From Candidatus Iainarchaeum sp. (lineage in GTDB: Archaea > Iainarchaeota > Iainarchaeia > Iainarchaeales > JAFGBZ01), in assembly GCA_043817715.1 (NCBI GenBank), contig JBDRGO010000007.1, forward strand, positions 15,499 through 79,498: a stretch of DNA of 64,000 nucleotides, read 5' to 3'. A program made the position numbers and the translations under genes. Each line of letters starts with the position of its first letter. The stretch's first letter is position 1. This document shows positions 37,163 through 47,039 of the stretch, one piece after another. Below the pieces are notes generated by a model, which was not told the origin of the DNA, ran no database searches, and saw nothing but the letters and a program-made list of their open reading frames with translations.

Positions 37163-37369
37163 TCACTTCTTTTTTTTAATTTCATCTAAAAGCCCTAATT
37201 TTTCAATAGACAAACGCTCTAATTCCTTAGTTTCCTCAAAAGTAAGTCCATTATCTCTTTTAAAAACCGCTTTTCTTATCTTGATTCTTTTCCTATCAAT
37301 TAATTTTATTTTAATTTTATTTACAACGCGTTTAATAAAATGAAATTTTAAAGGCATTTTTCTCATCAA
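37163..37369 (-). CDS. Hypothetical small basic protein
   Basis: 68 aa, K/R-rich. Confidence 0.25.
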   Translation of the reverse strand: MMRKMPLKFHFIKRVVNKIKIKLIDRKRIKIRKAVFKRDNGLTFEETKELERLSIEKLGLLDEIKKKK

Positions 37370-37776
37370 ACAATATTTAACTGTATTTTTTTGCTTACAT
37401 CAAACCCCATTGGAATATCCAATGAGGCTTCAATGAACCATTTAACTGTTGAAGTTTTTCCGCCTAAATTTAATGACAACAGGCCCAAATCAATCTTTGC
37501 CCCGGTATTAATCGGAGTGTATTGCGGAATTCCGATTTCAAATTCATATTCTTTTGTCCGGTAATCTTTTTCTCCTTCTTCAAGCATTATTTTTATTTCA
37601 TTAACCCTTCTAATTGAAGTTTTTCCGCCTTTACTTGAATAAGAAGTTGTTTCTTCTTCTCCGTAAAAAACAGCCCTTACTCCGCGTGCCTTGGTTGCTT
37701 CCTTTAAATCCAGAAAAGCCTTTCCCTTAATTGTTTCCCCGAACTTAAAATTCGTTTTATCAAGGATTAATTTCAT
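37366..37776 (-). CDS. Hypothetical protein
   Basis: 136 aa, beta-rich; 4-nt overlap with downstream gene. Confidence 0.3.
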   Translation of the reverse strand: MKLILDKTNFKFGETIKGKAFLDLKEATKARGVRAVFYGEEETTSYSSKGGKTSIRRVNEIKIMLEEGEKDYRTKEYEFEIGIPQYTPINTGAKIDLGLLSLNLGGKTSTVKWFIEASLDIPMGFDVSKKIQLNIV

Positions 37777-37819
37777 TTCCCCTTTTGCCTAAATCAAACA
37801 TTTCAATCACTCCAAAAAT

Positions 37820-38338
37820 TCAAACAGTTACTCTTTTTATTTCAAATAAATTAACATCATTTTCCCTGTCAACCACTGCAATTAATGCATTTGCTTTAAT
37901 GTTTTGAGTTAAGCGGATTAATCTTGATAATTCAGGAAAATTCATTTTCATGTCTTCTGAATACACATTTAAGGTCCACTGTGTATGGGCTTCCCCTGCT
38001 TTTTTTCCTTTAGGGTAAACCCTGAAATCTGAACCGAATTTCAGGCCTGATTTTAAAACATATCCTGCCTGCTTTAATGATTCAAAAACAATTAATTTTG
38101 AATAAAATTTTTTATCAATTGAAAGACCTTTTTTAAGCAAATCATTTTCAGTTAATTCCCTGTCCCTTAAATCAGTTACCGCAATTTTTTCTTTTCTCAT
38201 TAAGTAAACCGCTTCAAACAAATCCAGAATCAACTGGTTTCCTTTCCTTTCACCAAAGCCCTTGCTTTGCAATTGGTCCGCGGTTTTCTTTTCTTCAACA
38301 ATGACCTTGTTTTCAGCTAAATAAATTCTTGAATCCAT
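37820..38338 (-). CDS. endA: tRNA-splicing endonuclease subunit
   Basis: 172 aa; C-terminal catalytic block KFGSDFRVYPKGKKAGEAHTQWTLNV (Tyr/His/Lys triad spacing of EndA). Confidence 0.75.
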   Translation of the reverse strand: MDSRIYLAENKVIVEEKKTADQLQSKGFGERKGNQLILDLFEAVYLMRKEKIAVTDLRDRELTENDLLKKGLSIDKKFYSKLIVFESLKQAGYVLKSGLKFGSDFRVYPKGKKAGEAHTQWTLNVYSEDMKMNFPELSRLIRLTQNIKANALIAVVDRENDVNLFEIKRVTV

Positions 38339-38404
38339 GTGTAAAGATTAATGGAAAAAGAAGTATTTAAAACAAAAGGTTAATCAAATCTAAAAGAATA
38401 AAGA

Positions 38405-38893
38405 TTAATCAAACCTGCTGAGTAACCGCACAGGATTCAAATCAACATATTTTGAAGAATAACGAGCAGTAAAAACGAGGATTGAATAACTTTGCCTGAT
38501 GCTTTTAACTAAATTCGCAGGCGTTTCAGCTTCAATTGGATTAAATCTTTTCATTATCTGCTTTGCAATTGCAGTATTAGGCGTGTCAATATAAAAACCA
38601 GTGAATTCTTTTTTTAATTCAGGAATTTTTGCAGCAAACGCTTCAAGCAATGAAATTATGTGCCTGGAATTAACTGAATCAATATGCAAATCCAGAACCC
38701 GCTCTCCGCTTCTAAAAATTCCCTTAAATTCTTCAGGCTTTTGAACAACAGCAATATTTCCTTCTAATCTGGATTCAGTTTTGTCCCTGATTGAAAAAGA
38801 AATCATTTTTCTATGCTGAAAAAAATAAGGAATTCCTTCCATTGAATGGCGTTCATGCGCCTCTCTTCTAAAAAATTTAGGCTTTTCAGGCAT
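38405..38893 (-). CDS. Hypothetical protein
   Basis: 162-aa ORF; no family recognised. Confidence 0.3.
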   Translation of the reverse strand: MPEKPKFFRREAHERHSMEGIPYFFQHRKMISFSIRDKTESRLEGNIAVVQKPEEFKGIFRSGERVLDLHIDSVNSRHIISLLEAFAAKIPELKKEFTGFYIDTPNTAIAKQIMKRFNPIEAETPANLVKSIRQSYSILVFTARYSSKYVDLNPVRLLSRFD

Positions 38894-38945
38894 AAATTAA
38901 TTGAATTCAACAAAGTATTTTAAACACCTATAACTAACATAATTT

Positions 38946-38994
38946 AAGAACCTTAAAGGTTCTTAAAGCTTTAAATTTGCTGAAAAGCAAATTT
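38946..38994. promoter_or_regulatory. Two adjacent perfect palindromes in a divergent promoter region
   Basis: AAGAACC-TTAAA-GGTTCTT (38946-38964) and AAATTTGC-TGAAAA-GCAAATTT (38973-38994) between the divergent genes 38405-38893 (minus strand) and trpS. Confidence 0.3.
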
Positions 38995-39014
38995 AACTTA
39001 ATTCAGGTGATTTA

Positions 39015-40124
39015 ATGGCTGAATTCATTGTTAATCCATGGGAAGTAAAAGGAAATATTGATTATGATAAATTAATCAAGGAATTCGGATTACAGCGAAT
39101 AAAAGAGCTTCCAAAGGAATTCAAGGAATTCTTATTGTTCAGAAGAGGAATCATTTATGCCCACAGGGATTTTGAACGCATTACAAACGCATTCAAAAAC
39201 AAAAAGCCTTTTGCAATGATGACAGGATTAATGCCTTCAGGAAAATTCCATTTCGGGCATAAAATGGTTGCAGACCAAATTATTTTTTACCAGAATTTAG
39301 GCGCAAAAATTTATGTTGCTGTTGCAGACATTGAAGCATATAATACAAGAAATCCTGACATGAAGGAATTAAAGGAAATTGCATTAAAAGAATATTTAAC
39401 AAATTATGTAGCATTAGGGCTTGATTTGAATAAATGCGATTTTTATTTTCAGTCAGAAAGGTCAAAAGATGCGAAAAAAAACAAGGCATATTACCGCTTG
39501 GAAAACATGCTTGCAAGGCATGCAACATTCAATGAATTCAAGGCAGTTTATGGAGAAATCACGCCAGGCAAAATGATTTCTTCCTTATTGCAGGCATCTG
39601 ATATGCTTCATCCCCAGCTTAAAGAATTCGAGGGCGCAATTCCCACAGTGGTTCCTGTTGGCATTGACCAGGACCCGCATATTAGATTGGCAAGGGACAT
39701 CAGCCAAAAAATTCAGGAATTTAAATTCATTCAGTTAAGTTCAACTTACCATAAATTCATGCCTGCATTAAAGGGCGAAAAAATGAGTTCATCTGATTCA
39801 ACTTCATTTATTGCTTTAACTGATTTGCCTGAAGAGGCGGCAAATAAAATCAAAAAATATGCTTTTTCCGGCGGACAGCCGACAATTGAAGAGCACAAGA
39901 AAAAAGGCGGCAACCCTGATATTGATGTAAGTTATCAACTGCTTTTGTTTGGAATGGAGCCGAATGACAAAAAACTTCAGGAAATTTATGATGAATATAA
40001 ATCAGGAAAAATGCTTTCAGGAGAGCTGAAATTAATTGCGATTGAAAAAATGGCGCAGTTCCTGAAAAAACACCAGAAAGAAAGAATTAAGGCAAAACAG
40101 AAAGTAGAAAAATTTATTCATTAA
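39015..40124 (+). CDS. trpS: Tryptophanyl-tRNA synthetase (archaeal/eukaryotic type)
   Basis: MMTGLMPSGKFHFGH (HIGH region), VPVGIDQDPHIRLARD and KMSSSD (KMSKS variant); 369 aa. Confidence 0.85.
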   Translation: MAEFIVNPWEVKGNIDYDKLIKEFGLQRIKELPKEFKEFLLFRRGIIYAHRDFERITNAFKNKKPFAMMTGLMPSGKFHFGHKMVADQIIFYQNLGAKIYVAVADIEAYNTRNPDMKELKEIALKEYLTNYVALGLDLNKCDFYFQSERSKDAKKNKAYYRLENMLARHATFNEFKAVYGEITPGKMISSLLQASDMLHPQLKEFEGAIPTVVPVGIDQDPHIRLARDISQKIQEFKFIQLSSTYHKFMPALKGEKMSSSDSTSFIALTDLPEEAANKIKKYAFSGGQPTIEEHKKKGGNPDIDVSYQLLLFGMEPNDKKLQEIYDEYKSGKMLSGELKLIAIEKMAQFLKKHQKERIKAKQKVEKFIH

Positions 40125-40135
40125 CAAGTTATAAA

Positions 40136-41041
40136 GTGAAAGTTATGGATTATGGATTGATTTTAAAGAATGCATATACTTTATGGTTAAAGGATAAAAA
40201 AAGCCTTTTTTATACTTTAATTTATTTTTTAGCAGGACTTTTTTTTGTAGCAATAAGTTTTGGAATTGTGTGGCTTTTCTTTCAAGATGCATGGATTCAA
40301 ATGATGGCTGCATCAACTTATTCAACTACAGTAACTCCTGATCCAAGTATGCTTACAAGTCTTTTAACTTCAATGCTTGTTCTTATTCCAGTTTCATTAC
40401 TTCAAATACTTGTACTTTATTTCATAGGCATTTTAATGAGATTAAGAGCGCTTGAAGTTTTAGGATTTAAAACAGTGCCAATTACTTTAAGCAAATTTTT
40501 TAAACTGATTTTACTTTGGGTTTGGACAACAATTGCAGCAGTTATTTCATGGCATAAGAAAACTTTTTTGTATTTATTTATTGGGTTAATGGTTTTAGCA
40601 ATTATAACCTTAGCATTATTTGTTTTAGGTCAATGGCTTCCGGGAATTATTCTAACAGTTATATTGCTTCCGCTTACAATAATTTATTCTGTAATAATAA
40701 TTTACAATTCAATGAGATTAAGTCTTAGCAGTGCAATAATTCTTCAAAAAGACCAAGGAGTATTTGATACTGCAAAAGAAGCATGGGATTTAGCTGAAGG
40801 CAAGGTTCTTGAAATATTAATTGCAGTTATGGTAATACTTATTCCAATACTTATTGTTGGAATGATTGTAGGACTTATTGCAGGAGTTTTAAGTGCATTA
40901 ATGAATACTGCCTTTCTTTCAACTGCAATACAGCAAATAGTTCAAATTATTATTAGTCCATTGACAGCAATAATTTTTGCTTTTGGTTTTATTACAGTTT
41001 ATTCAGAAGTACTGAAATCAAAAGCATTAAAACCAGTTTAA
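40136..41041 (+). CDS. Integral membrane protein
   Basis: 301 aa, about 7 TM helices. Confidence 0.4.
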   Translation: MKVMDYGLILKNAYTLWLKDKKSLFYTLIYFLAGLFFVAISFGIVWLFFQDAWIQMMAASTYSTTVTPDPSMLTSLLTSMLVLIPVSLLQILVLYFIGILMRLRALEVLGFKTVPITLSKFFKLILLWVWTTIAAVISWHKKTFLYLFIGLMVLAIITLALFVLGQWLPGIILTVILLPLTIIYSVIIIYNSMRLSLSSAIILQKDQGVFDTAKEAWDLAEGKVLEILIAVMVILIPILIVGMIVGLIAGVLSALMNTAFLSTAIQQIVQIIISPLTAIIFAFGFITVYSEVLKSKALKPV

Positions 41042-41060
41042 TCAAATTAAGCAAAAATTA

Positions 41061-41516
41061 TTAATTCAATTTAGGCAAGAATCCAAAGAATCCCTTGCTG
41101 TTTTCTTTTTTTTCCTCTTCTTTTTCTTCCTGCAGTTCAATTAATTCAATTAACTGCAGTTCAATTCCTTCTTTTTTTAATTCTTTTATCAGGCCTTTCT
41201 GCTCCTCTGAATCGGTTTTAATTAAAAAAACTTTTTTTACATTTGAAAGCTTTACTGTGTTGACAAGCTTGTGGTGCAGTTCGCCCCATTCAAGTATGTC
41301 TTCCGCCTTTGCCTTGTTTTCTTTTGCTGAAACAAGTATTTGAGAGATTATTTCATTTGCCTGCGCAATATCAGAAGCAGTCAATCCAAAATCAGTTTTT
41401 TTTTCAGATGCATCAATTACTGCAAGAACAACAAGTTCCCTGCATTGCGGAAAAACTTTTGAAAGGAATTCACGGGAAGATTCTTTTTTTGTCAGAATAG
41501 GAATTAATCCCTTCAT
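41061..41516 (-). CDS. Hypothetical protein (possibly universal-stress-protein-like)
   Basis: 151 aa; ELVVLAVIDASE resembles the USP N-terminal strand; weak. Confidence 0.3.
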   Translation of the reverse strand: MKGLIPILTKKESSREFLSKVFPQCRELVVLAVIDASEKKTDFGLTASDIAQANEIISQILVSAKENKAKAEDILEWGELHHKLVNTVKLSNVKKVFLIKTDSEEQKGLIKELKKEGIELQLIELIELQEEKEEEKKENSKGFFGFLPKLN

Positions 41517-41539
41517 CTCAATTCACTTAATAATTCAAT

Positions 41540-42349
41540 TCACTTAATTAACCTGAATAAATCCTTTTTTTTCTCCAAAATTGTTCCTTCTTCTTTAAGG
41601 AATTCCATCGCCACCCTAATTAGGTTTTTATCAGTATTTAATCCTTTTGAAATTTCATCAAGAGTGGCTTTATCTATTGAATCAAGGAAATCAGTTATTT
41701 TCACTGAAACAGGCCTAAACAATTCATTTGCAATAAAGCAGGAACTTCCGTCAAAGCATTTCATTCCTTTAAGAGAGCCGTCCTTTAAATCTTTTTCATT
41801 TAACTGGGAAAATTTTTTTGCAGACATATCATCTGAAAAAATAACAAACTTGCTGTTTAATTCATTTGAAAAAGAACTGCATTCATCCTGCCCTTTTTTT
41901 GCTTCAGTTCTTTTTATTCCTGATTTTTCCTCTTTTTGCCTTTCTTTTTCTTTTGGCTCGGTTTTCCTTATTTCTTTTCCGCGAACTTCATTTCTTAATT
42001 TATAAATTGATTTTTTGTATTTGTCGCTTAACTTGAATTCAAGGACTTTTTCTTCCGCAATTAATTTCTTTAATGCAATTAATTCATTTTCATTTAATTT
42101 TGATTCAAATACCCCAAAAACACGTTCCTTCAAGGGAAGAAATTCAATTAATTCAAGGACCTTTTCTTCCGCAACCTGTTCAGGGGACTGCTTTTCTTTT
42201 CCTTTTTCCTCTTTTGCCTTCAGAACCCATATGCCTTGGGTTGCATTGAATAATTCAAATTCAGTTCCTTCAATCAATTCATTATCCACTGCCTCTTTTT
42301 CTGAAAAAACCAATGAATAAAACGCACCCTGTTTCTTTAATCTAGGCAT
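41540..42349 (-). CDS. Hypothetical protein with C-terminal winged-helix-like segment
   Basis: 269 aa; KE-rich linker; C-terminal LDEISKGLNTDKNLIRVAMEFLKEEGTI. Confidence 0.3.
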   Translation of the reverse strand: MPRLKKQGAFYSLVFSEKEAVDNELIEGTEFELFNATQGIWVLKAKEEKGKEKQSPEQVAEEKVLELIEFLPLKERVFGVFESKLNENELIALKKLIAEEKVLEFKLSDKYKKSIYKLRNEVRGKEIRKTEPKEKERQKEEKSGIKRTEAKKGQDECSSFSNELNSKFVIFSDDMSAKKFSQLNEKDLKDGSLKGMKCFDGSSCFIANELFRPVSVKITDFLDSIDKATLDEISKGLNTDKNLIRVAMEFLKEEGTILEKKKDLFRLIK

Positions 42350-42514
42350 AATTCAATTAAACCCCCAAATAATGAAAATAAAGAAAAGAAATGAATTTAA
42401 GTTAACTGTTTGGGTTAAATCAGGTTAAATCAGCAAAAACAATTAAAAAAATTAATTCAAAAAATAATTCAGCAATGAAATTCCAGCAAAAAACAATTTC
42501 ATCAATAATTCAAA

Positions 42515-42961
42515 TTAAGTTATTTCAGCAAAAACAATTTCATCAATTAATTCAGGCAATTCCTTTAATTCAAGCACTAAAACCATTGTTTGTTTTTCTG
42601 TAATAGTGCATATTTTATCAAAATCCTTCAAAGAACTATCAATTAATAATCTTGCATCATAAACACTGATTGGAGGAACTAATCTATCAGCATAACCAGT
42701 TATTTCTTCTACTTCTTGTCCTTCAATAAAATCAGAAAAAATAGGAACCGCCTGCCTGACTTTTTCTTCATTTAATTTTTTTTTCCAAGGAAAAACACAA
42801 ATCCAAACATTCTCTGATTCATCCAAAAAAACAGTAGTTTTAAAGCATTGATCTAAACTTAAACCAGTTAATTTACTCAATACAGAAACTTTCCTTATTT
42901 CTTCCCCGGAAACAATTACTTTTGAATTCAGTTCATGGACTTTAATGAAATCCTCTAACAT
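42515..42961 (-). CDS. Hypothetical protein
   Basis: 148-aa ORF. Confidence 0.3.
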   Translation of the reverse strand: MLEDFIKVHELNSKVIVSGEEIRKVSVLSKLTGLSLDQCFKTTVFLDESENVWICVFPWKKKLNEEKVRQAVPIFSDFIEGQEVEEITGYADRLVPPISVYDARLLIDSSLKDFDKICTITEKQTMVLVLELKELPELIDEIVFAEIT

Positions 42962-43080
42962 GAAATCACTTCAATTAAAATAAAAACAAAAAAGAATAAA
43001 AAGAAATCAATTGAAGGGAAAAAGAAAAAAAAGGAAAAAGGAAAGGAAAAACTAACTAATGAAAAAAAAGAAACTTTTTT

Positions 43081-46000
43081 CTAATTAGGATAAATTATTG
43101 GTCTTTTTTTAAAGTATTCAGTAATAGCAGTTTGCAACTCTCTTTCAGTTAACTGAATTGGCACATATTTGGTTCGCATAGAAGCCAAAATCAACTCAGC
43201 AAACTCTTTCATAATTTTTTCGTCCTGTATAAAAAGACCTTTACTATAAGCTTTTTTTACAAATTCTGAAGAAAAAGAAGAAACCCTTACATTCCCATAA
43301 ACCCAAAATGAAATTATTTCAGTCATTAATGTATCTGCATCAATCATTTTTCCGTTTATTTCAACAATTTTGCCTTCACTCATTAAAGGCGGCATAAACT
43401 TTGATGGATTAGCTTGGTATAAATCTAGCTTTGTGAAAGAATAAGTAAAATAATCCTTTTCATAACCTGTTTGAAATTTTTTAAGATATTTAATTAAACT
43501 TCTGTTTTTTGAAAACAAATTAATTAATTCAGCCCTTTCAGAAGTGCTTAAAGCAAACCAACGAATATGGCTTAATTCATGTGCTGAAATATTAATGCTA
43601 TTTGACACTAAATCTTTTCCAGATCTAAACAAAGATAGCTTATTCCAAGAAAAAGCTGAATCCAAAGAAATTGCAATGCTATCAAAACGACCTCCTTTAA
43701 TGCTTTGGAAAGTAAAACCGCCAATAGAAGGTTTAGATCTGCAAACATAAAAATAAATCTTGCCTGCAAAAGGATCATTTAACTCTGAAGTCAAAACAGG
43801 CACTAATCCTTCACTACTTAGTCCTCTGAAAACATTTTGTTTGCCACTCCTAGCCATACTCTGTTTCCAAAAAGAACCCAGTCTTTGCAGTTGATCAGGA
43901 AGAATTGCCGGCAAAGTTCTACGTAAACTCAAAGAGCCAGGAAATTTCAAATACAATTTCTTTGAACCAAACACAACCCCTTCTTCTTTCAGGATTTGAA
44001 TGCTTTCTGACAAAAATAAAGTTTCAACTTCATCAATTGAACAGGCTTCTAAAGTACTTCCTTTACAAACCACTCCCTTTGTTTCATTAATTACTGCTTT
44101 CTGGAATTGCAGTTCTTTAATCAGGATTGCTGCTTCTTCTGGTGATTCTTTTGAAACAAATTCAATCAAATCCTCCAATGAATCAAGTGTTTTACTTATT
44201 TTTGAAAGTTGTTTTGGAGTAACTGAATTCAAATTAATCAAAAAAGCGTCATCTAATTCATTAAATGAATAAATCAAATATTTTTCAGAACCGGCAACCA
44301 CTGCATCTTTTTCAACTCCTCCGACAACAATTTTTTTTGCTGTAGATTCAGCAAAATCAGTTAAAATTTCTTTTGGTACACGAGAATAAGTTTTGCTTAA
44401 ATTCCTTAAAGCAGATATTTCATACCTGAACCAGTTTGTTAAAAGATCTTTTCTTGCTTCAGACAAAGCAACCCTAAAATTAAAAACTGAAGAAGGAGTA
44501 ATTTTTGTATAAATAACTGTGGCAGTATTAGGAAAACGCTTGAATAACACTGCCTTAAATGCATTTTTTTTATCAATTGAAAGCTTAATTAATCTTCCAG
44601 TTCCCCTTAAACTAAATTCAATAAAAGGATGTTTTTCAAGAAATCTTCCAATATTTGAAAGAGCTCTTACTGAAGCTTGCGCGTATTTGCCTGAAACAAA
44701 TTCAGCTAACCTGGTTCCCAAAGAAGTTTTAATAGCACTTTTTCCGACAACTCCTACAAGAGAAAACACTCCTCTAAAAGCAAATTCTCCAATAAACCAA
44801 TACCTTACATCAAAAAATGCTTCCCATCTATGAGAACTTAATTCAACAAATTCAAGAACATGAAGCTCTGATTTAACCTTAAGAGATAAACTTGAAACTT
44901 CAGGTAAAATAATTTCATTTTCTTCATTAAATAATTCAATTTTTTTCTCTAACTCTAAAAGCTTTGCTTTTGCAACCGGGTAAACCGATTCAGAAATATA
45001 ATCCTTGGCTTCAGCGAAATCCAATTCAATTAATTCCAATTCATTTGGAGCTCGATTATGTTCATTAATTATTTCCTGAATAGAATTAAATTTCTTTAAA
45101 GTAGAATTATCAGCAGTTTTATTATTTTGAACAATAGAAGAACTTTGCAAAAAATACCTTGCTGAACCAATATAACCTTTTTCTTCAATATCTTCTTCAG
45201 TTATATCTCCTTGATTCAACAAATTTTCTAAATCATCATCCAATAAATGAACCAATATATTAAATTGCCTTTGCTGTTCATGAATAATTTCTTCTCTATT
45301 CAAAATTTCAGTTACTTCTTCCTGGTTTTCCTCTTCACGAATAATCCATTTAAGCCCATAATAGCCATTATAAAAAAGCTTTGCAAAACTAGTTCTGTCA
45401 TCCAACTGCTCATCCAATTCACCTAAAGCTCCTTTAAATAATTCATTTTCTGTTTGAATTTCTTTTTTCGCAACCTCTAACAAAATCTGATTCAAATGCA
45501 TCCTCTTATTAATTTCATTGAATTGATTAATTTCTTCTTCAGAATCAAATAAATTTGAAATTAAAAAAAGTTTTTCATTAAAAGCATACTCTGCCTCAAT
45601 AAAAGAATCAATATTCTTCCAAGAATATCGGTTCTCTAAATAATCATATCTTGTTTTCAAAAAATTGTATTTCAATTCAAATAAATCATTCATTTCACCT
45701 TCTTCACCAAAAATATTTTCCAAATCCATGAATTCACTTAAATGCATTTCCTTTAATTTCTCTGATTCCAATAATTCTTCTTCCTGAAATCTCTCGGCAA
45801 TCTTTTTATTTTCCTCTAATTTTTTCGGCAAAGTTTCCCTTGGAGAAACAAACGCCAAAGAAATTAATCCACTTGCTTCAAACAAATCAATATGCTTAAG
45901 CCTTGAATCAAAAACCAAATCAAACTTATTTAAAAAATCAAGAACAACAAATTCATCTAATTCATTTAATTCAGTAATCAAATCCAAAGTTCTTTTCTTT

Positions 46001-47034
46001 TCCCTGTGCAATTCAGAGTATACCATGTTTGCTTCACAAGAATCAAAATAAAACGAATCAAGAAAATGAATTCTATTAAAAGAAGGCATTAAATTCTTAG
46101 AACGCAATTCACCAAAATTAGAATTAAAATAATTCAAATACTGCCTGCAATTCCCTTTTGAATTAATCTGAATTTCATCGCTTAAAAGCAGCCAAACATA
46201 AGAATCAACACCAGAATTATGCTCAATAAAAGCATTTTTGTTCTCCAAAGATTTTTCAAGCAAATCCAAATACTTTTCATTCAAATCCTCTAATCTATCC
46301 AACCTGCAGTAAAGCAATGCATTGCTGAATTCCTTTTCAGTTAAGTCCTCTCTTCCATAACTTAACTCAATTTCTTTTAAACAAAAATCATTATGAATTA
46401 CAACCTCAATTCCGTCAGAAATCAAATCATCAATCATTTTCCCCTCTTCATTAATCAACCGAATATCAGCCAAACGCAGGTTAAGGGAATACTCTTCATT
46501 CAATAATTCATCAGAATAATCAGAAATATCAACACTAAAAGTAATTGTCGGCTGAACAAAAGAACTATTTGGATTAAATTCAGGATTATTAGGGTCATTA
46601 AAACCACCACTAAAATCCTCAACACTAAAAGAAACAAAATTCTTTCCAACACCATCCAAAACAAGTCGTTCATGAATTGAATAAGAAGGCAACCACTTAC
46701 TCAAAGGCAAAGTGAAAATAACTTCATCTTCAACGCTTTCATTTGAAACAAATAAATCAATCCTTTCAGGCAAATCAGGATACAAATTAATTGAAGCAAA
46801 ATCAGATTCAGTAATAGGGTCATCTTCAGCCAACCCAACTAAATCAAAAACCCCTCCAACAATGCCTTCAATAAATTCAGCTCCTTCCTTTAAAGGCAAA
46901 CCAAAAGGATCCTCAGGAGCTGCAAAAACAGAAATAAACAAAAAACAAAAGAAAAAAAACAAAAAAAACTTTTTATACATGAAAAATAAAAGAAAAAGGA
47001 AAATAAATACTTTACTAAAAGCATTTATTTCCAA
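43081..47034 (-). CDS. Giant (1317 aa) secreted or membrane-associated hypothetical protein
   Basis: N-terminal, strongly hydrophobic F/L-rich signal or anchor (FIFLFLLFFMYKKFFLFFFFCFLFISVFAAP); remainder acidic and helical with no recognised domain. Confidence 0.5.
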   Translation of the reverse strand: MEINAFSKVFIFLFLLFFMYKKFFLFFFFCFLFISVFAAPEDPFGLPLKEGAEFIEGIVGGVFDLVGLAEDDPITESDFASINLYPDLPERIDLFVSNESVEDEVIFTLPLSKWLPSYSIHERLVLDGVGKNFVSFSVEDFSGGFNDPNNPEFNPNSSFVQPTITFSVDISDYSDELLNEEYSLNLRLADIRLINEEGKMIDDLISDGIEVVIHNDFCLKEIELSYGREDLTEKEFSNALLYCRLDRLEDLNEKYLDLLEKSLENKNAFIEHNSGVDSYVWLLLSDEIQINSKGNCRQYLNYFNSNFGELRSKNLMPSFNRIHFLDSFYFDSCEANMVYSELHREKKRTLDLITELNELDEFVVLDFLNKFDLVFDSRLKHIDLFEASGLISLAFVSPRETLPKKLEENKKIAERFQEEELLESEKLKEMHLSEFMDLENIFGEEGEMNDLFELKYNFLKTRYDYLENRYSWKNIDSFIEAEYAFNEKLFLISNLFDSEEEINQFNEINKRMHLNQILLEVAKKEIQTENELFKGALGELDEQLDDRTSFAKLFYNGYYGLKWIIREEENQEEVTEILNREEIIHEQQRQFNILVHLLDDDLENLLNQGDITEEDIEEKGYIGSARYFLQSSSIVQNNKTADNSTLKKFNSIQEIINEHNRAPNELELIELDFAEAKDYISESVYPVAKAKLLELEKKIELFNEENEIILPEVSSLSLKVKSELHVLEFVELSSHRWEAFFDVRYWFIGEFAFRGVFSLVGVVGKSAIKTSLGTRLAEFVSGKYAQASVRALSNIGRFLEKHPFIEFSLRGTGRLIKLSIDKKNAFKAVLFKRFPNTATVIYTKITPSSVFNFRVALSEARKDLLTNWFRYEISALRNLSKTYSRVPKEILTDFAESTAKKIVVGGVEKDAVVAGSEKYLIYSFNELDDAFLINLNSVTPKQLSKISKTLDSLEDLIEFVSKESPEEAAILIKELQFQKAVINETKGVVCKGSTLEACSIDEVETLFLSESIQILKEEGVVFGSKKLYLKFPGSLSLRRTLPAILPDQLQRLGSFWKQSMARSGKQNVFRGLSSEGLVPVLTSELNDPFAGKIYFYVCRSKPSIGGFTFQSIKGGRFDSIAISLDSAFSWNKLSLFRSGKDLVSNSINISAHELSHIRWFALSTSERAELINLFSKNRSLIKYLKKFQTGYEKDYFTYSFTKLDLYQANPSKFMPPLMSEGKIVEINGKMIDADTLMTEIISFWVYGNVRVSSFSSEFVKKAYSKGLFIQDEKIMKEFAELILASMRTKYVPIQLTERELQTAITEYFKKRPIIYPN

Positions 47035-47039
47035 TGAAA

